Below, in pieces: positions 11,089 through 21,460 of a DNA stretch of 32,000 nucleotides. Each line of letters starts with the position of its first letter. Within the stretch, counting starts at the first letter, position 1. Made by a program: the position numbers and the translations under genes. This DNA is from Bacillus subtilis subsp. subtilis str. 168 (lineage in GTDB: Bacteria; Bacillota; Bacilli; Bacillales; Bacillaceae), in assembly GCF_000009045.1 (NCBI RefSeq), contig NC_000964.3, positions 1,860,001-1,892,000 on the forward strand. The letters run 5' to 3'. The notes beneath the pieces were generated by a model, which was given only the letters and a program-made list of their open reading frames with translations, was not told the origin of the DNA and did not search any database.

Positions 11089-12078
11089 GTGACAAAAATT
11101 TATGACGCAGCAAACTGGTCAAAGCATGAAGACGATTTTACCCAAATGTTCTATAACCAAAACGTGAAACAGTTCTGGCTTCCGGAAGAGATTGCTTTAA
11201 ACGGCGATCTCCTCACATGGAAGTACCTCGGAAAAAATGAGCAGGACACTTATATGAAGGTACTGGCCGGACTTACGCTTCTTGACACAGAGCAGGGGAA
11301 TACGGGGATGCCGATCGTGGCTGAACACGTAGATGGCCACCAGCGGAAAGCGGTGCTGAACTTTATGGCGATGATGGAGAACGCTGTCCATGCGAAGTCG
11401 TACTCTAATATTTTCATGACCCTTGCACCGACTGAAACGATCAATGAAGTATTTGAATGGGTTAAACAAAATAAATATTTGCAGAAAAAAGCGCAAATGA
11501 TTGTCGGGCTTTACAAAGCCATTCAAAAAGATGATGAAATTTCACTGTTCAAAGCCATGGTTGCTTCCGTCTATCTGGAAAGCTTCCTTTTCTACAGCGG
11601 TTTCTATTATCCGTTATATTTCTACGGACAAGGAAAACTGATGCAAAGCGGTGAGATCATTAACCTGATCCTTCGTGACGAAGCGATTCACGGCGTGTAT
11701 GTCGGTCTCCTTGCTCAGGAAATTTATAATAAACAGACAGAAGAGAAAAAAGCAGAGCTTCGTGAATTTGCGATCGACCTCCTGAATCAGTTATATGAAA
11801 ATGAGCTTGAGTATACAGAGGACTTGTACGATCAAGTCGGGCTCTCACATGATGTAAAGAAATTCATCCGCTATAATGCGAATAAAGCGCTGATGAACCT
11901 TGGATTTGATCCATACTTCGAAGAGGAAGACATTAATCCGATCGTTTTAAACGGATTAAACACAAAAACAAAATCGCATGACTTCTTCTCTATGAAGGGG
12001 AATGGCTATAAAAAAGCGACAGTTGAGCCGCTCAAAGATGATGACTTTTATTTTGAAGATGAAAAAGAGCAGATATAA
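11089..12078 (+). CDS. nrdF: Ribonucleoside-diphosphate reductase class Ib beta subunit NrdF (GTG start, 329 aa)
   Basis: AAAGGAGAG upstream of GTG 11089. [12 protein letters not shown]..., [10 protein letters not shown] and [11 protein letters not shown] metal-ligand motifs. Confidence 0.97.
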   Translation: MTKIYDAANWSKHEDDFTQMFYNQNVKQFWLPEEIALNGDLLTWKYLGKNEQDTYMKVLAGLTLLDTEQGNTGMPIVAEHVDGHQRKAVLNFMAMMENAVHAKSYSNIFMTLAPTETINEVFEWVKQNKYLQKKAQMIVGLYKAIQKDDEISLFKAMVASVYLESFLFYSGFYYPLYFYGQGKLMQSGEIINLILRDEAIHGVYVGLLAQEIYNKQTEEKKAELREFAIDLLNQLYENELEYTEDLYDQVGLSHDVKKFIRYNANKALMNLGFDPYFEEEDINPIVLNGLNTKTKSHDFFSMKGNGYKKATVEPLKDDDFYFEDEKEQI

Positions 12079-12127
12079 TATCTGCTCTTTTCGGCTTGAA
12101 GGTTCAAATGAGGAGGACGCAGTACCC

Positions 12128-12748
12128 ATGGGAAAAATGGACGAAATGATTTTAGTTGCCCCGCGCGATGATGTGTTTAAAAAAGAAAGCTTAACCTTCC
12201 AGGGCGTGTACAGTGAAGATAGCAGAGTAGCAGAAATCATGGCTCAGATTGAAGCGGCCTATCGTGAAATGAGAAGAGGGGACGCAGAAGAAGATCCGCG
12301 TTTCAAGCAGCCGATACCTTATGTCGTCATTAAGCGTGAAGATGAAGTTTTTCTTTACGAGCGGCTGGCTGGCGGCGGTGAATCACGTCTGCACAACAAG
12401 CTTTCTCTCGGTTTTGGCGGCCATATGAACGCCATCGAAGGGGCAGCTTCATTTGCTGAAGTCTTAAAGCTGAACACAGACCGTGAGCTTGAGGAAGAAC
12501 TGCAAATAAATGAAGAAGATAAACAGGCGATTGTCACACTGGGATTGATCAATGATGATGAAAACAGTGTTGGCAAAGTGCATATCGGTATTCTTTCTGC
12601 GCTTCAATTAAAGCCTGGCGCACAAGTGGAAGTGAAGGAGAAAGAACAAATTGCGGGTAAATGGATGAAAGTTTCTGAATTAAAACAGGATGATATCTAC
12701 AACCGTCTGGAAACATGGTCACAGTTTGTTGTTGATATTCTTGAATAA
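12128..12748 (+). CDS. ymaB: YmaB, Nudix-superfamily-like protein at the end of the nrd operon
   Basis: MGKMDEMILVAPRDDVF...; GFGGHMNAIEG...ELEEEL resembles a degenerate Nudix box; tandem with nrdF. Confidence 0.8.
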   Translation: MGKMDEMILVAPRDDVFKKESLTFQGVYSEDSRVAEIMAQIEAAYREMRRGDAEEDPRFKQPIPYVVIKREDEVFLYERLAGGGESRLHNKLSLGFGGHMNAIEGAASFAEVLKLNTDRELEEELQINEEDKQAIVTLGLINDDENSVGKVHIGILSALQLKPGAQVEVKEKEQIAGKWMKVSELKQDDIYNRLETWSQFVVDILE

Positions 12749-12787
12749 AAAAACCCGGTTTCTCGCGATGAGGAGCCGGGTTTTTTT
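12749..12787. terminator. Bidirectional terminator between ymaB and cwlC
   Basis: AAAAAACCCGG...CCGGGTTTTTTT. Confidence 0.85.
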
Positions 12788-12811
12788 ATGAGACGCTCGT
12801 CCCCGTCTCGG

Positions 12812-13579
12812 CTATGATTCTAGGATCACAATAGCGTCAAAGCCGGCATTTTTCGCTCTGGCAGCGAGGGTGTCTGCATTGTCTTTGGATGAAAATGCGC
12901 CAATCTGCACTTTGTATAATCCGTCCTTTAAAAGGACAATCGAGTCAAAACCTTTGGCTTCGGCATTACTTGCGAGCGAGTCGGCATTCGCTTTGACTTT
13001 AAATGCGCCGATTTGAACCTTATATAACCCTGAGCTGGAAGTCTTTTTAAGGTTAAAGGCTTGCTCCAGCCCGTTTGCATGTCCTCTCGCTAAGCTTTGA
13101 ATAAAACTGCTCGTTTTCAGCTTATTTGCATCGGAAACGGTATCAATGAAGCCGTTCTCGGTCAAGAGGGCAGGCATTGCCGACTCCCTTAGGACGTGGA
13201 AGTTCGCTGTTTTTTTGCCGCGATCGGCAAAGTCGACAGCTTGTATCACTTCAGAGTGAATTGTCGATTGATAAGTCGTCGTCGGGGCTCCTACATCTGG
13301 ATAAATATAGCTTTCAAAACCTGTGCCTCCCCCGGAATTAACGTGAATGGACAAAAAGAAATCTGCTCCCCAGTTATTTGCGGCATTTGTCCGGTCGTTT
13401 AAGCTGACATATTGGTCGCTTGTCCGGCTCAGCAGCAGAGAAACGCCTTCATATTCATTAGTTAATATCGTACGTAAGGCTAAAGCGATTTGCAGGGTTA
13501 ACGTTTTCTCCTGAAGGCCATTACCTGTTGCGCCTGGATCAGACCCGCCATGGCCAGGATCAATAAAAATTTTAACCAT
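12812..13579 (-). CDS. cwlC: N-acetylmuramoyl-L-alanine amidase CwlC (sporulation mother-cell lysis), amidase_3 plus two SPOR repeats
   Basis: IFIDPGHGGSDPGATG..., HVNSGGG, ENGFI; two LYKVQIGAF repeats. Confidence 0.97.
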   Translation of the reverse strand: MVKIFIDPGHGGSDPGATGNGLQEKTLTLQIALALRTILTNEYEGVSLLLSRTSDQYVSLNDRTNAANNWGADFFLSIHVNSGGGTGFESYIYPDVGAPTTTYQSTIHSEVIQAVDFADRGKKTANFHVLRESAMPALLTENGFIDTVSDANKLKTSSFIQSLARGHANGLEQAFNLKKTSSSGLYKVQIGAFKVKANADSLASNAEAKGFDSIVLLKDGLYKVQIGAFSSKDNADTLAARAKNAGFDAIVILES

Positions 13580-13681
13580 TTTTCATCACCTCATTACAGG
13601 ATATGAAAAAACACGGCTTCTGCTTGTACGATTATCATTCAACTGAAAAATGAGGAAATAACCCTTTCACATCCAGAAATT

Positions 13682-14096
13682 ATTTCTCGGGAAAGCGCAC
13701 AATTCAACATGAAGCGACAACAGATACGGTCCGACATGAAATCTGTGCATACGCCATATGTTTGTATGTACTATGGGTTCGGTTAACCTGCACTGATTCC
13801 TGCTGGTTTTAAGCTTTGCGTTCATATTAAATCAAGCATTTAAAACGTAAATTGATGAGGAAAGCTCCTTTCATTAAAGACACCGCTTTATAAATCGAAA
13901 AAAAGAAAAACACTTCAGGTATCTTAGGGCGGGTAATACGTTTCGTACAAAAATCAGCCCGTTGTATGAAAAAGAAATAATGAGAAAGAAGCTCACTATA
14001 ATACTCTGACAAAATGATTAAAAACAAAATCTCATGGTTTGTCCACCCCATGTCCGTGAATACAATAAGAAATAAAGTATTTCTCGGGAAAGCGCA
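13682..14096. repeat. 19-nt perfect direct repeat TATTTCTCGGGAAAGCGCA, copies at 13682-13700 and 14078-14096
   Basis: Read directly from the sequence; both copies are in the cwlC-spoVK intergenic region. Confidence 0.9.
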
Positions 14097-14202
14097 GGAT
14101 TCCTTATTGTTCCCGAAAAAAGCAATTGTTTCGACACATGATAGGCGTTTGTCACAATCGGCATCCGCTTGAATATCATATAGAGAGAACAGAGAGGTGA
14201 AG

Positions 14203-15171
14203 ATGTTGGAGCGCGCTGTGACTTATAAAAACAACGGACAGATCAACATTATTCTGAACGGGCAAAAGCAGGTGCTGACGAATGCTGAGGCAGAGGCGGA
14301 ATATCAGGCTGCATTGCAAAAAAACGAAGCAAAGCACGGCATTTTGAAGGAAATCGAAAAAGAGATGAGCGCATTAGTTGGGATGGAGGAAATGAAACGC
14401 AACATCAAGGAAATATACGCCTGGATTTTTGTGAACCAAAAACGCGCGGAGCAAGGCTTGAAGGTTGGAAAGCAAGCGCTGCACATGATGTTTAAAGGAA
14501 ATCCGGGAACGGGAAAAACGACGGTTGCACGGCTCATCGGCAAGCTGTTCTTTGAAATGAATGTCCTGTCAAAAGGCCACTTAATAGAAGCGGAGCGGGC
14601 TGACCTGGTCGGGGAGTATATCGGACACACCGCCCAAAAGACGAGAGATTTAATCAAAAAGTCATTAGGTGGCATTTTGTTTATAGACGAAGCCTACTCG
14701 CTGGCAAGAGGCGGCGAAAAGGACTTTGGGAAAGAAGCGATCGACACACTTGTAAAGCATATGGAAGACAAACAGCATGAGTTTATTTTGATACTCGCCG
14801 GATATTCACGGGAAATGGATCATTTTCTCTCGTTAAATCCCGGACTCCAATCAAGATTTCCCATCTCCATTGATTTTCCGGATTACTCTGTGACCCAGCT
14901 CATGGAGATTGCGAAACGAATGATCGATGAAAGGGAATACCAGCTCAGTCAAGAAGCGGAATGGAAATTGAAAGATTACTTAATGACAGTGAAAAGCACG
15001 ACAAGTCCCATTAAATTCAGCAATGGACGTTTTGTCAGAAATGTGATCGAAAAATCGATCAGAGCACAAGCCATGAGGCTTTTAATGGGAGACCAATACT
15101 TAAAAAGCGACTTGATGACCATCAAAAGCCAAGATCTTTCCATTAAAGAAGAAGCATCTGGATCTGCATAG
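14203..15171 (+). CDS. spoVK: AAA+ ATPase SpoVK (stage V sporulation), 322 aa (ATG 14197 also possible)
   Basis: Walker A FKGNPGTGKTTVARL, Walker B GGILFIDEAYSL, CbbX/SpoVK-type AAA features. Confidence 0.96.
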   Translation: MLERAVTYKNNGQINIILNGQKQVLTNAEAEAEYQAALQKNEAKHGILKEIEKEMSALVGMEEMKRNIKEIYAWIFVNQKRAEQGLKVGKQALHMMFKGNPGTGKTTVARLIGKLFFEMNVLSKGHLIEAERADLVGEYIGHTAQKTRDLIKKSLGGILFIDEAYSLARGGEKDFGKEAIDTLVKHMEDKQHEFILILAGYSREMDHFLSLNPGLQSRFPISIDFPDYSVTQLMEIAKRMIDEREYQLSQEAEWKLKDYLMTVKSTTSPIKFSNGRFVRNVIEKSIRAQAMRLLMGDQYLKSDLMTIKSQDLSIKEEASGSA

Positions 15172-15202
15172 ACCTCTCAGTTTTTGAGAGGTCTGTTTTT
15201 TG
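15170..15202 (+). terminator. Terminator after spoVK
   Basis: AGACCTCTCA-GTTTT-TGAGAGGTCT followed by GTTTTTTG. Confidence 0.85.
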
Positions 15203-15303
15203 CTCGTATTTCCGCTTTTCAAAGCAATCGATTTGTGGTATACACATGCAGGGTTTGGTATGATAATACTACTGCCCAATATGCAAAAGAAAGGAACATC
15301 CAT

Positions 15304-16566
15304 TTGAACGAACAAGAAACGATTCAGGAGAAAGCCATTTTAGTCGGATGTCAGCTGCCGCATATCACGGATGAGCATTTTGAAAATTCTATGGAAGAGC
15401 TAGCATCTCTGACGAAAACAGCAGACGGAAAAGTACTGACCAGCGTCACACAAAAACGGAACAGGGCTGACGCCGCTACATATATAGGAAAAGGGAAGGT
15501 AGAAGAGCTGAAGGCACTCGTGGAAGAGCTTGAAGCTGATCTCCTCATCTTTAATGATGAACTGTCGCCAAGTCAGCTGAAGTCATTGGCAACAGCAATT
15601 GAAGTGAAGATGATTGACCGCACGCAATTGATATTAGATATTTTTGCAAAGCGGGCGAGAACGAGAGAAGGCAAACTTCAAATTGAGCTGGCTCAGCTGC
15701 AATATGCACTGCCGCGTCTGACGGGACAAGGGATCAACCTTTCCCGGCAAGGCGGAGGAATTGGGGCAAGAGGTCCCGGGGAAACGAAACTGGAAACCGA
15801 CCGCCGCCATATCAGAAATCGCATTCATGAAATCAACACACAGCTTTCCACTGTCATTCGCCATAGAAGCCGATACCGTGAAAGAAGAAAGAAAAACGGT
15901 GTGCTTCAAATTGCGCTTGTCGGCTATACAAACGCAGGGAAATCAACATGGTTCAACCGCCTGACGAGTGCTGACAGCTATGAAGAAGACCTCCTGTTTG
16001 CCACGCTGGACCCGATGACCAGAAAAATGGTCCTGCCAAGCGGCTACAGTGTTCTTCTTTCAGATACAGTAGGATTTATTCAGGATCTTCCGACGACATT
16101 GATTGCTGCATTCCGCTCAACGCTTGAGGAAGTAAAAGAAGCGGATTTAATTCTGCATTTAATTGATTCTTCAAATGAGGATTATGCGGGACATGAAAAA
16201 ACAGTGCTTCGGCTGCTTGAGGAGCTTGAAGCAGATGATATCCCGATGCTGACGGCTTACAATAAACGTGATCAAAAACTGCCTGATTTTATACCGACCG
16301 CCGGAAGGGATCACATTATGGTCAGTGCGAAATTTGAGGACGACGCTGCAGCCTTTAAAGAAGCGATTCAGCGCTATTTGCGCCAAGAACTGTTAACGTC
16401 TTTTGAAGCACATGTGCCGGCAAGTGAAGGGAAGCTCCTTTCCAGAATCAAATCGGAAACGATGGTAGACCGCTTCTATTTTAATGAAGAAAATGAACAG
16501 TATGACATATCCGGCTATGTCCAAGAAGAGCAAAGTATCATCGGTGAATTAAAGAAGTATATGTAG
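15304..16566 (+). CDS. hflX: Ribosome-associated GTPase HflX (YnbA), TTG start, 420 aa
   Basis: [16 protein letters not shown]1 motif, [28 protein letters not shown] HflX signature, [10 protein letters not shown]. Confidence 0.96.
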
Positions 16567-16583
16567 GAAGGAAATATAAAGAC

Positions 16584-17849
16584 ATGTTTGACACATTAAC
16601 ACACGGAGAATTATTGAAGAAAACGGCAATGGAAGTGGAAGCGGACATTGCCGGCATTCATAAACAAATAGAAGAAATCAGCGAGCGAAATGAGTGGAGA
16701 GTGCTTCAAAGCTATAGAAAACACAAAGTAAGCGACACTCATTTCACGCCGTCTACTGGATACGGCTATGATGATATCGGAAGAGACACGCTTGAAAGCA
16801 TATATGCGGATGTGTTTGGCGGAGAAGCGGGGCTTGTAAGGCCGCAAATCATTTCAGGCACACATGCCATCTCAATTGCTTTGTTCGGTGTCCTCAGACC
16901 GGGGGACGAGCTCCTTTATATCACGGGCAAGCCGTATGATACGCTAGAGGAAATTGTGGGCGTCAGGGGTGGAGAAAACGCTGGTTCGTTAAAGGATTTT
17001 CAAATCGGCTATAATGCGGTTGATCTGACGAAAGACGGAAAGATAGACTATGATGCAGTCGCCGCTGCGATCAATCCGAAGACAAAAGTAATCGGCATTC
17101 AGCGCTCAAAAGGATATGCGAATCGCCCTTCTTTCTTAATTAGTGAAATAAAAGAAATGATCCGTTTTGTAAAAGAAATCAATGAAAATCTGATCGTCTT
17201 TGTGGACAACTGTTACGGAGAATTTGTGGAAGAGCTTGAGCCTTGCCATGTCGGAGCCGACCTGATGGCGGGATCTCTCATTAAAAATCCCGGCGGCGGC
17301 CTTGCGAAAACAGGCGGCTACCTCGTCGGAAAAGCGAAATGGATTGAAGCTTGCTCATACCGTATGACGTCACCCGGCATCGGCAGAGAAGCGGGGGCAT
17401 CTCTTTACTCGCTCCAAGAAATGTACCAAGGCTTCTTTTTGGCGCCTCACGTTGTGTCTCAAAGTTTAAAGGGAGCGGTGTTTACAGCGAGATTCCTTGA
17501 AAAACTCGGCTTCACTTCAAACCCGAAATGGGATGCGAAAAGAACGGATTTAATACAATCCGTTGAGTTTTCTGACAGAGAAAAGATGATTGCTTTTTGC
17601 CAGGCTATTCAATTTGCATCGCCAATCAATGCTCATGTGACGCCTTATCCAGCCTACATGCCTGGATACGAGGATGATGTCATTATGGCAGCAGGGACGT
17701 TTATTCAAGGAGCAAGCATCGAATTATCAGCTGATGGCCCTATCCGCCCGCCGTATGTAGCGTATGTTCAGGGAGGATTAACCTATTCGCATGTGAAGAA
17801 TGCCATATGCAGTGCAGTGGATTCATTGATGCAAAAGCAATTAATTTAA
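16584..17849 (+). CDS. ynbB: PLP-dependent methionine gamma-lyase/aluminium-resistance-family protein YnbB
   Basis: 421 aa. GSLIKNPGGGLAKTGGYLVG lysine motif, VDNCYGEFVEELEP. Confidence 0.88.
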   Translation: MFDTLTHGELLKKTAMEVEADIAGIHKQIEEISERNEWRVLQSYRKHKVSDTHFTPSTGYGYDDIGRDTLESIYADVFGGEAGLVRPQIISGTHAISIALFGVLRPGDELLYITGKPYDTLEEIVGVRGGENAGSLKDFQIGYNAVDLTKDGKIDYDAVAAAINPKTKVIGIQRSKGYANRPSFLISEIKEMIRFVKEINENLIVFVDNCYGEFVEELEPCHVGADLMAGSLIKNPGGGLAKTGGYLVGKAKWIEACSYRMTSPGIGREAGASLYSLQEMYQGFFLAPHVVSQSLKGAVFTARFLEKLGFTSNPKWDAKRTDLIQSVEFSDREKMIAFCQAIQFASPINAHVTPYPAYMPGYEDDVIMAAGTFIQGASIELSADGPIRPPYVAYVQGGLTYSHVKNAICSAVDSLMQKQLI

Positions 17850-17876
17850 ATTTTTTAAAAATTTCTCTGGATTTGA

Positions 17877-17927
17877 TGTTAAGAATCCTTACATCGTATT
17901 GACACATAATATAACATCACCTATAAT
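17877..17927 (+). promoter_or_regulatory. glnRA promoter with two GlnR/TnrA operator sites
   Basis: TGTTAAGAATCCTTACA (17877-17893) matches TGTNAN7TNACA. TGACACATAATATAACA (17900-17916) matches with one deviation. -35 TTGACA 17899-17904, 17 nt spacer, -10 TATAAT 17922-17927. Confidence 0.93.
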
Positions 17928-17958
17928 GAAACTAAGTTAAGAAAAGGAGGAAATTGAG

Positions 17959-18366
17959 ATGAGTGATAATATTCGCCGCTCAATGCCTTTATTTCCAATA
18001 GGAATTGTCATGCAGTTAACTGAGTTATCAGCAAGACAAATTCGATATTATGAGGAAAATGGACTGATATTTCCAGCCAGAAGTGAAGGAAATAGACGAT
18101 TATTTTCATTTCATGATGTAGATAAACTGTTAGAAATCAAGCACCTGATAGAACAAGGTGTAAACATGGCAGGAATTAAACAGATTCTGGCGAAAGCCGA
18201 AGCCGAGCCAGAACAAAAACAAAACGAGAAGACGAAAAAACCAATGAAACATGATCTGTCCGATGACGAACTGAGACAGCTCCTGAAAAACGAGCTCATG
18301 CAAGCCGGCCGTTTTCAAAGAGGGAATACATTCCGTCAAGGCGACATGTCCCGCTTCTTTCATTAA
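17959..18366 (+). CDS. glnR: MerR-family nitrogen repressor GlnR
   Basis: 135 aa. [34 protein letters not shown]; precedes glnA. Confidence 0.97.
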
Positions 18367-18424
18367 TCCGTTAGCAACTGTTTTGCTATATACATTTACC
18401 TTTTAAGAGGAGGAATTTTACCAA

Positions 18425-19759
18425 ATGGCAAAGTACACTAGAGAAGATATCGAAAAATTAGTAAAAGAAGAAAACGTGAAGTATATCCGCCTTCAATTTA
18501 CTGACATTCTTGGAACAATCAAGAATGTTGAGATTCCTGTAAGCCAGCTTGGAAAAGCGCTTGATAATAAAGTCATGTTTGACGGTTCTTCTATTGAGGG
18601 ATTCGTTCGTATCGAAGAGTCAGACATGTACCTGTATCCAGATCTAAATACATTTGTTATCTTCCCATGGACAGCTGAAAAAGGTAAAGTAGCACGTTTC
18701 ATCTGTGATATTTACAATCCGGATGGCACACCTTTTGAAGGTGACCCGCGAAACAACTTAAAACGGATTCTGAAAGAAATGGAAGACCTCGGCTTCAGTG
18801 ATTTTAACCTTGGGCCTGAGCCTGAATTCTTCTTATTCAAATTGGACGAAAAAGGCGAGCCGACGCTTGAACTAAACGACAAAGGCGGATATTTCGACTT
18901 AGCTCCAACTGATTTAGGAGAAAACTGCCGCCGCGATATCGTACTTGAGCTTGAAGAGATGGGCTTTGAAATCGAAGCGTCTCACCACGAAGTAGCACCT
19001 GGTCAGCACGAAATCGACTTTAAATATGCTGGAGCAGTCCGCTCTTGTGATGACATCCAAACATTTAAACTAGTTGTCAAAACAATTGCCCGTAAACACG
19101 GCCTGCATGCGACATTTATGCCAAAACCATTGTTCGGTGTAAACGGTTCAGGTATGCACTGCAATCTATCACTCTTCAAAAATGGTGTTAACGCATTCTT
19201 TGACGAAAACGCAGATCTTCAGTTAAGTGAAACAGCGAAGCACTTCATTGCAGGTATCGTGAAGCACGCAACAAGCTTTACAGCAGTAACAAACCCGACA
19301 GTAAACTCTTACAAACGTCTTGTTCCTGGCTATGAAGCACCTTGTTATGTAGCATGGAGCGCGCAAAACAGAAGCCCGCTTATCCGTATCCCGGCTTCTC
19401 GCGGCATCAGCACACGTGTTGAAGTACGCAGTGTAGACCCAGCTGCAAACCCATACCTTGCACTTAGCGTATTGCTTGCTGCAGGATTAGACGGAATCAA
19501 AAACAAACTGGAAGCGCCGGCTCCAATCGACCGCAACATCTATGTGATGAGCAAAGAAGAGCGCATGGAAAACGGAATCGTTGACCTTCCAGCAACACTT
19601 GCGGAAGCACTAGAAGAATTCAAATCAAACGAAGTCATGGTCAAAGCGCTGGGCGAGCACCTATTCGAACACTTCATCGAAGCAAAAGAAATCGAATGGG
19701 ATATGTTCCGCACGCAAGTACATCCTTGGGAACGCGAACAGTATATGTCTCAGTATTAA
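18425..19759 (+). CDS. glnA: Type I glutamine synthetase GlnA
   Basis: 444 aa. [45 protein letters not shown]. Confidence 0.99.
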
Positions 19760-19765
19760 TATCTC

Positions 19766-19800
19766 AATCCCTTGGCACTAAAAGTGTCAGGGGATTTTTT
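19766..19800 (+). terminator. glnA terminator
   Basis: AATCCCTTGGCACT-AAA-AGTGTCAGGGGATTTTTT. Confidence 0.9.
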
Positions 19801-20086
19801 ATGTTAATAGGTAATAAATTATGGAGCGGCACTGCTAAAAAGCAGGGTCACTTTTAGTCTATGTCACTAATAATTCTATGTACTAAATTTTTAATTAGGG
19901 AAATAATTCCACGCTTAAGGAAGCAATACGCATAAATAATTCGACAAATTCTGTGATAATTCCATTGTTCAATACTTCTACCAGCAATAATAAGATGAGT
20001 AAGGTAGATGTTTATCATTGACATCATAACCAAATGAATCCATAATTACGTTGAAATCTAAATCAATTTTCAAAAAGGAGATTTCT

Positions 20087-20377
20087 ATGAAAAAATTGAC
20101 TATCTTCTCCGGGGGATTAGGAGCGGTTTTTTCTGTACTGGCTCAACTGTTTGCGGTTATAGATGACTCTTACACTTTGGGGAATTTATGGTTTTTAGGT
20201 GCTTTGGCGGGAATTATAACCATGCTTGCTTCAATCCAGACAAATAATAAACCAGTCTTCAGCATATTATTAATTGCTAGTTCAGTAATAGGTCTACTTG
20301 GAACTGGTCTTGTATACATCATACCAACACTGTTCAATATAATAATAATTTATAAATTTTCAAAAGTAAGCCAATAA
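20087..20377 (+). CDS. ynxB: Small hydrophobic protein (96 aa, YnxB-like)
   Basis: MKKLTIFSGGLGAVFS...; AAAAAGGAG precedes ATG 20087. Multiple predicted TM segments. Confidence 0.65.
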   Translation: MKKLTIFSGGLGAVFSVLAQLFAVIDDSYTLGNLWFLGALAGIITMLASIQTNNKPVFSILLIASSVIGLLGTGLVYIIPTLFNIIIIYKFSKVSQ

Positions 20378-20622
20378 GCCAATGGGAAAATTAAGGTTCT
20401 TTTTTTATTTAACATCCCTTTGACAAGGTCGGTGATAAATCGCAGAATGTTTATGCTTGCAACTAATCCACCAGCGGGGGCATCGGTGGGCATGATTATC
20501 TAACGCCATGTTTCTAGGATACCGGAATTGAAACATTTGCTGAGGCATTTCGTGAAGCTGATCACCAAATGACCATTTCCATAGAGGCACGTCTAAAGAA
20601 GCTATCATAGGAGGACAATACT

Positions 20623-20967
20623 GTGTGGAAAGCTTTAAGTCAATTACTCAAGAAACAGAAAAATCAAAGTCCAAGCGATGAAGATTATATACAGATTCCA
20701 GAATTAGAAGTAAAAGTTTTGGGGATGCTTCACAGTATCAATATAGACCTGGTTAATGTAATAGCCCAAGCAGAAAAGTCTAAGGAGTTTATAGGACAAA
20801 TCGAAGGCATCTGGCATTCTATAGCAAATCAATTTTATTCACTCGCCCAAGGGTTTGAGAATGAGGATATCAATAAGCTTTCTGCGGATCTTGATCATGC
20901 TGCCGCCACTTGGGAAGCTGTTGCTAATAAAGCAAAAGAGTTTGTAACAAATTCATACCAAGGGTAA
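20623..20967 (+). CDS. Small predicted helical protein of unknown function (GTG start), possible orphan immunity/partner protein
   Basis: 114 aa ORF with AGGAGG upstream of GTG 20623. Followed by a hairpin/T-rich stretch (AAGGGCCTGAAAGGGCTCTTTT). Confidence 0.6.
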   Translation: MWKALSQLLKKQKNQSPSDEDYIQIPELEVKVLGMLHSINIDLVNVIAQAEKSKEFIGQIEGIWHSIANQFYSLAQGFENEDINKLSADLDHAAATWEAVANKAKEFVTNSYQG

Positions 20968-21097
20968 AAGAAAAATAAGGGCCTGAAAGGGCTCTTTTGC
21001 TTATAGTCATATTTCCCGTAAGTATTACTTTTTGGATTTAATAAATTTTAAAGCGTGTTTGTTTCACTGAATTCATAGTCAAAAGGGGAATGTTTTT

Positions 21098-21349
21098 ATG
21101 CTTGGAATCAACGTTGAAAAATCAAATGAAAACTTAATTATCAATTGGCAGCTATCCAAAATTGAAATTCCAATCAAAGAAATCAATGATGTATTTCTTG
21201 ATCCAAACTATGGGGGAGAGGAGAAAAGCGCAGTAAGGATTGGGTTTCCTTATGGCTCAACAGATAGGGTAGTAATTAAAACAGCACGTAACACTTACAT
21301 TTTGTTCACCACTAATCCTGCTTTAATTATGAGTAAAATTGTTTCTTAA
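21098..21349 (+). CDS. SunI (sublancin immunity)-like PH-domain protein (83 aa)
   Basis: MLGINVEKSNENLIINWQLSKIEIPIKEI...VRIGFPYGSTDRVVIKTARNTYILFTTN closely resembles the remembered SunI/YolF pattern (MLGINV..., ...IRIG.AYGTTDR..IKT...YLLFTTN). Confidence 0.7.
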   Translation: MLGINVEKSNENLIINWQLSKIEIPIKEINDVFLDPNYGGEEKSAVRIGFPYGSTDRVVIKTARNTYILFTTNPALIMSKIVS

Positions 21350-21460
21350 TAAACAGTTTATGTCCCTTTTAAATTTATCTATTAATGTTCTGTGTGGTAA
21401 AATTTAGTGAGATGATTTAAGGAGGAGGAGCATTTATGGAAGAAATAAAAGTTAGTTCAC

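Noticed and set aside
13827-14051. Minus-strand 74-aa hydrophobic/aromatic ORF in the cwlC-spoVK gap
   Set aside because: F/I/K/L-rich translation of AT-rich DNA without a convincing RBS or family; kept only as context for the 19-nt repeat finding.
15351-16386. Minus-strand ORFs within hflX (15351..15548, 15634..15909, 16171..16386)
   Set aside because: Fully contained antisense to a strongly supported GTPase gene; typical shadow ORFs.
20405-20608. Minus-strand 67-aa ORF (MIASLDVPLWKWSFGDQLHEMPQQMFQF...)
   Set aside because: No RBS. The plus strand of the same segment gives a better explanation as a toxin-tail remnant, although neither is proven.
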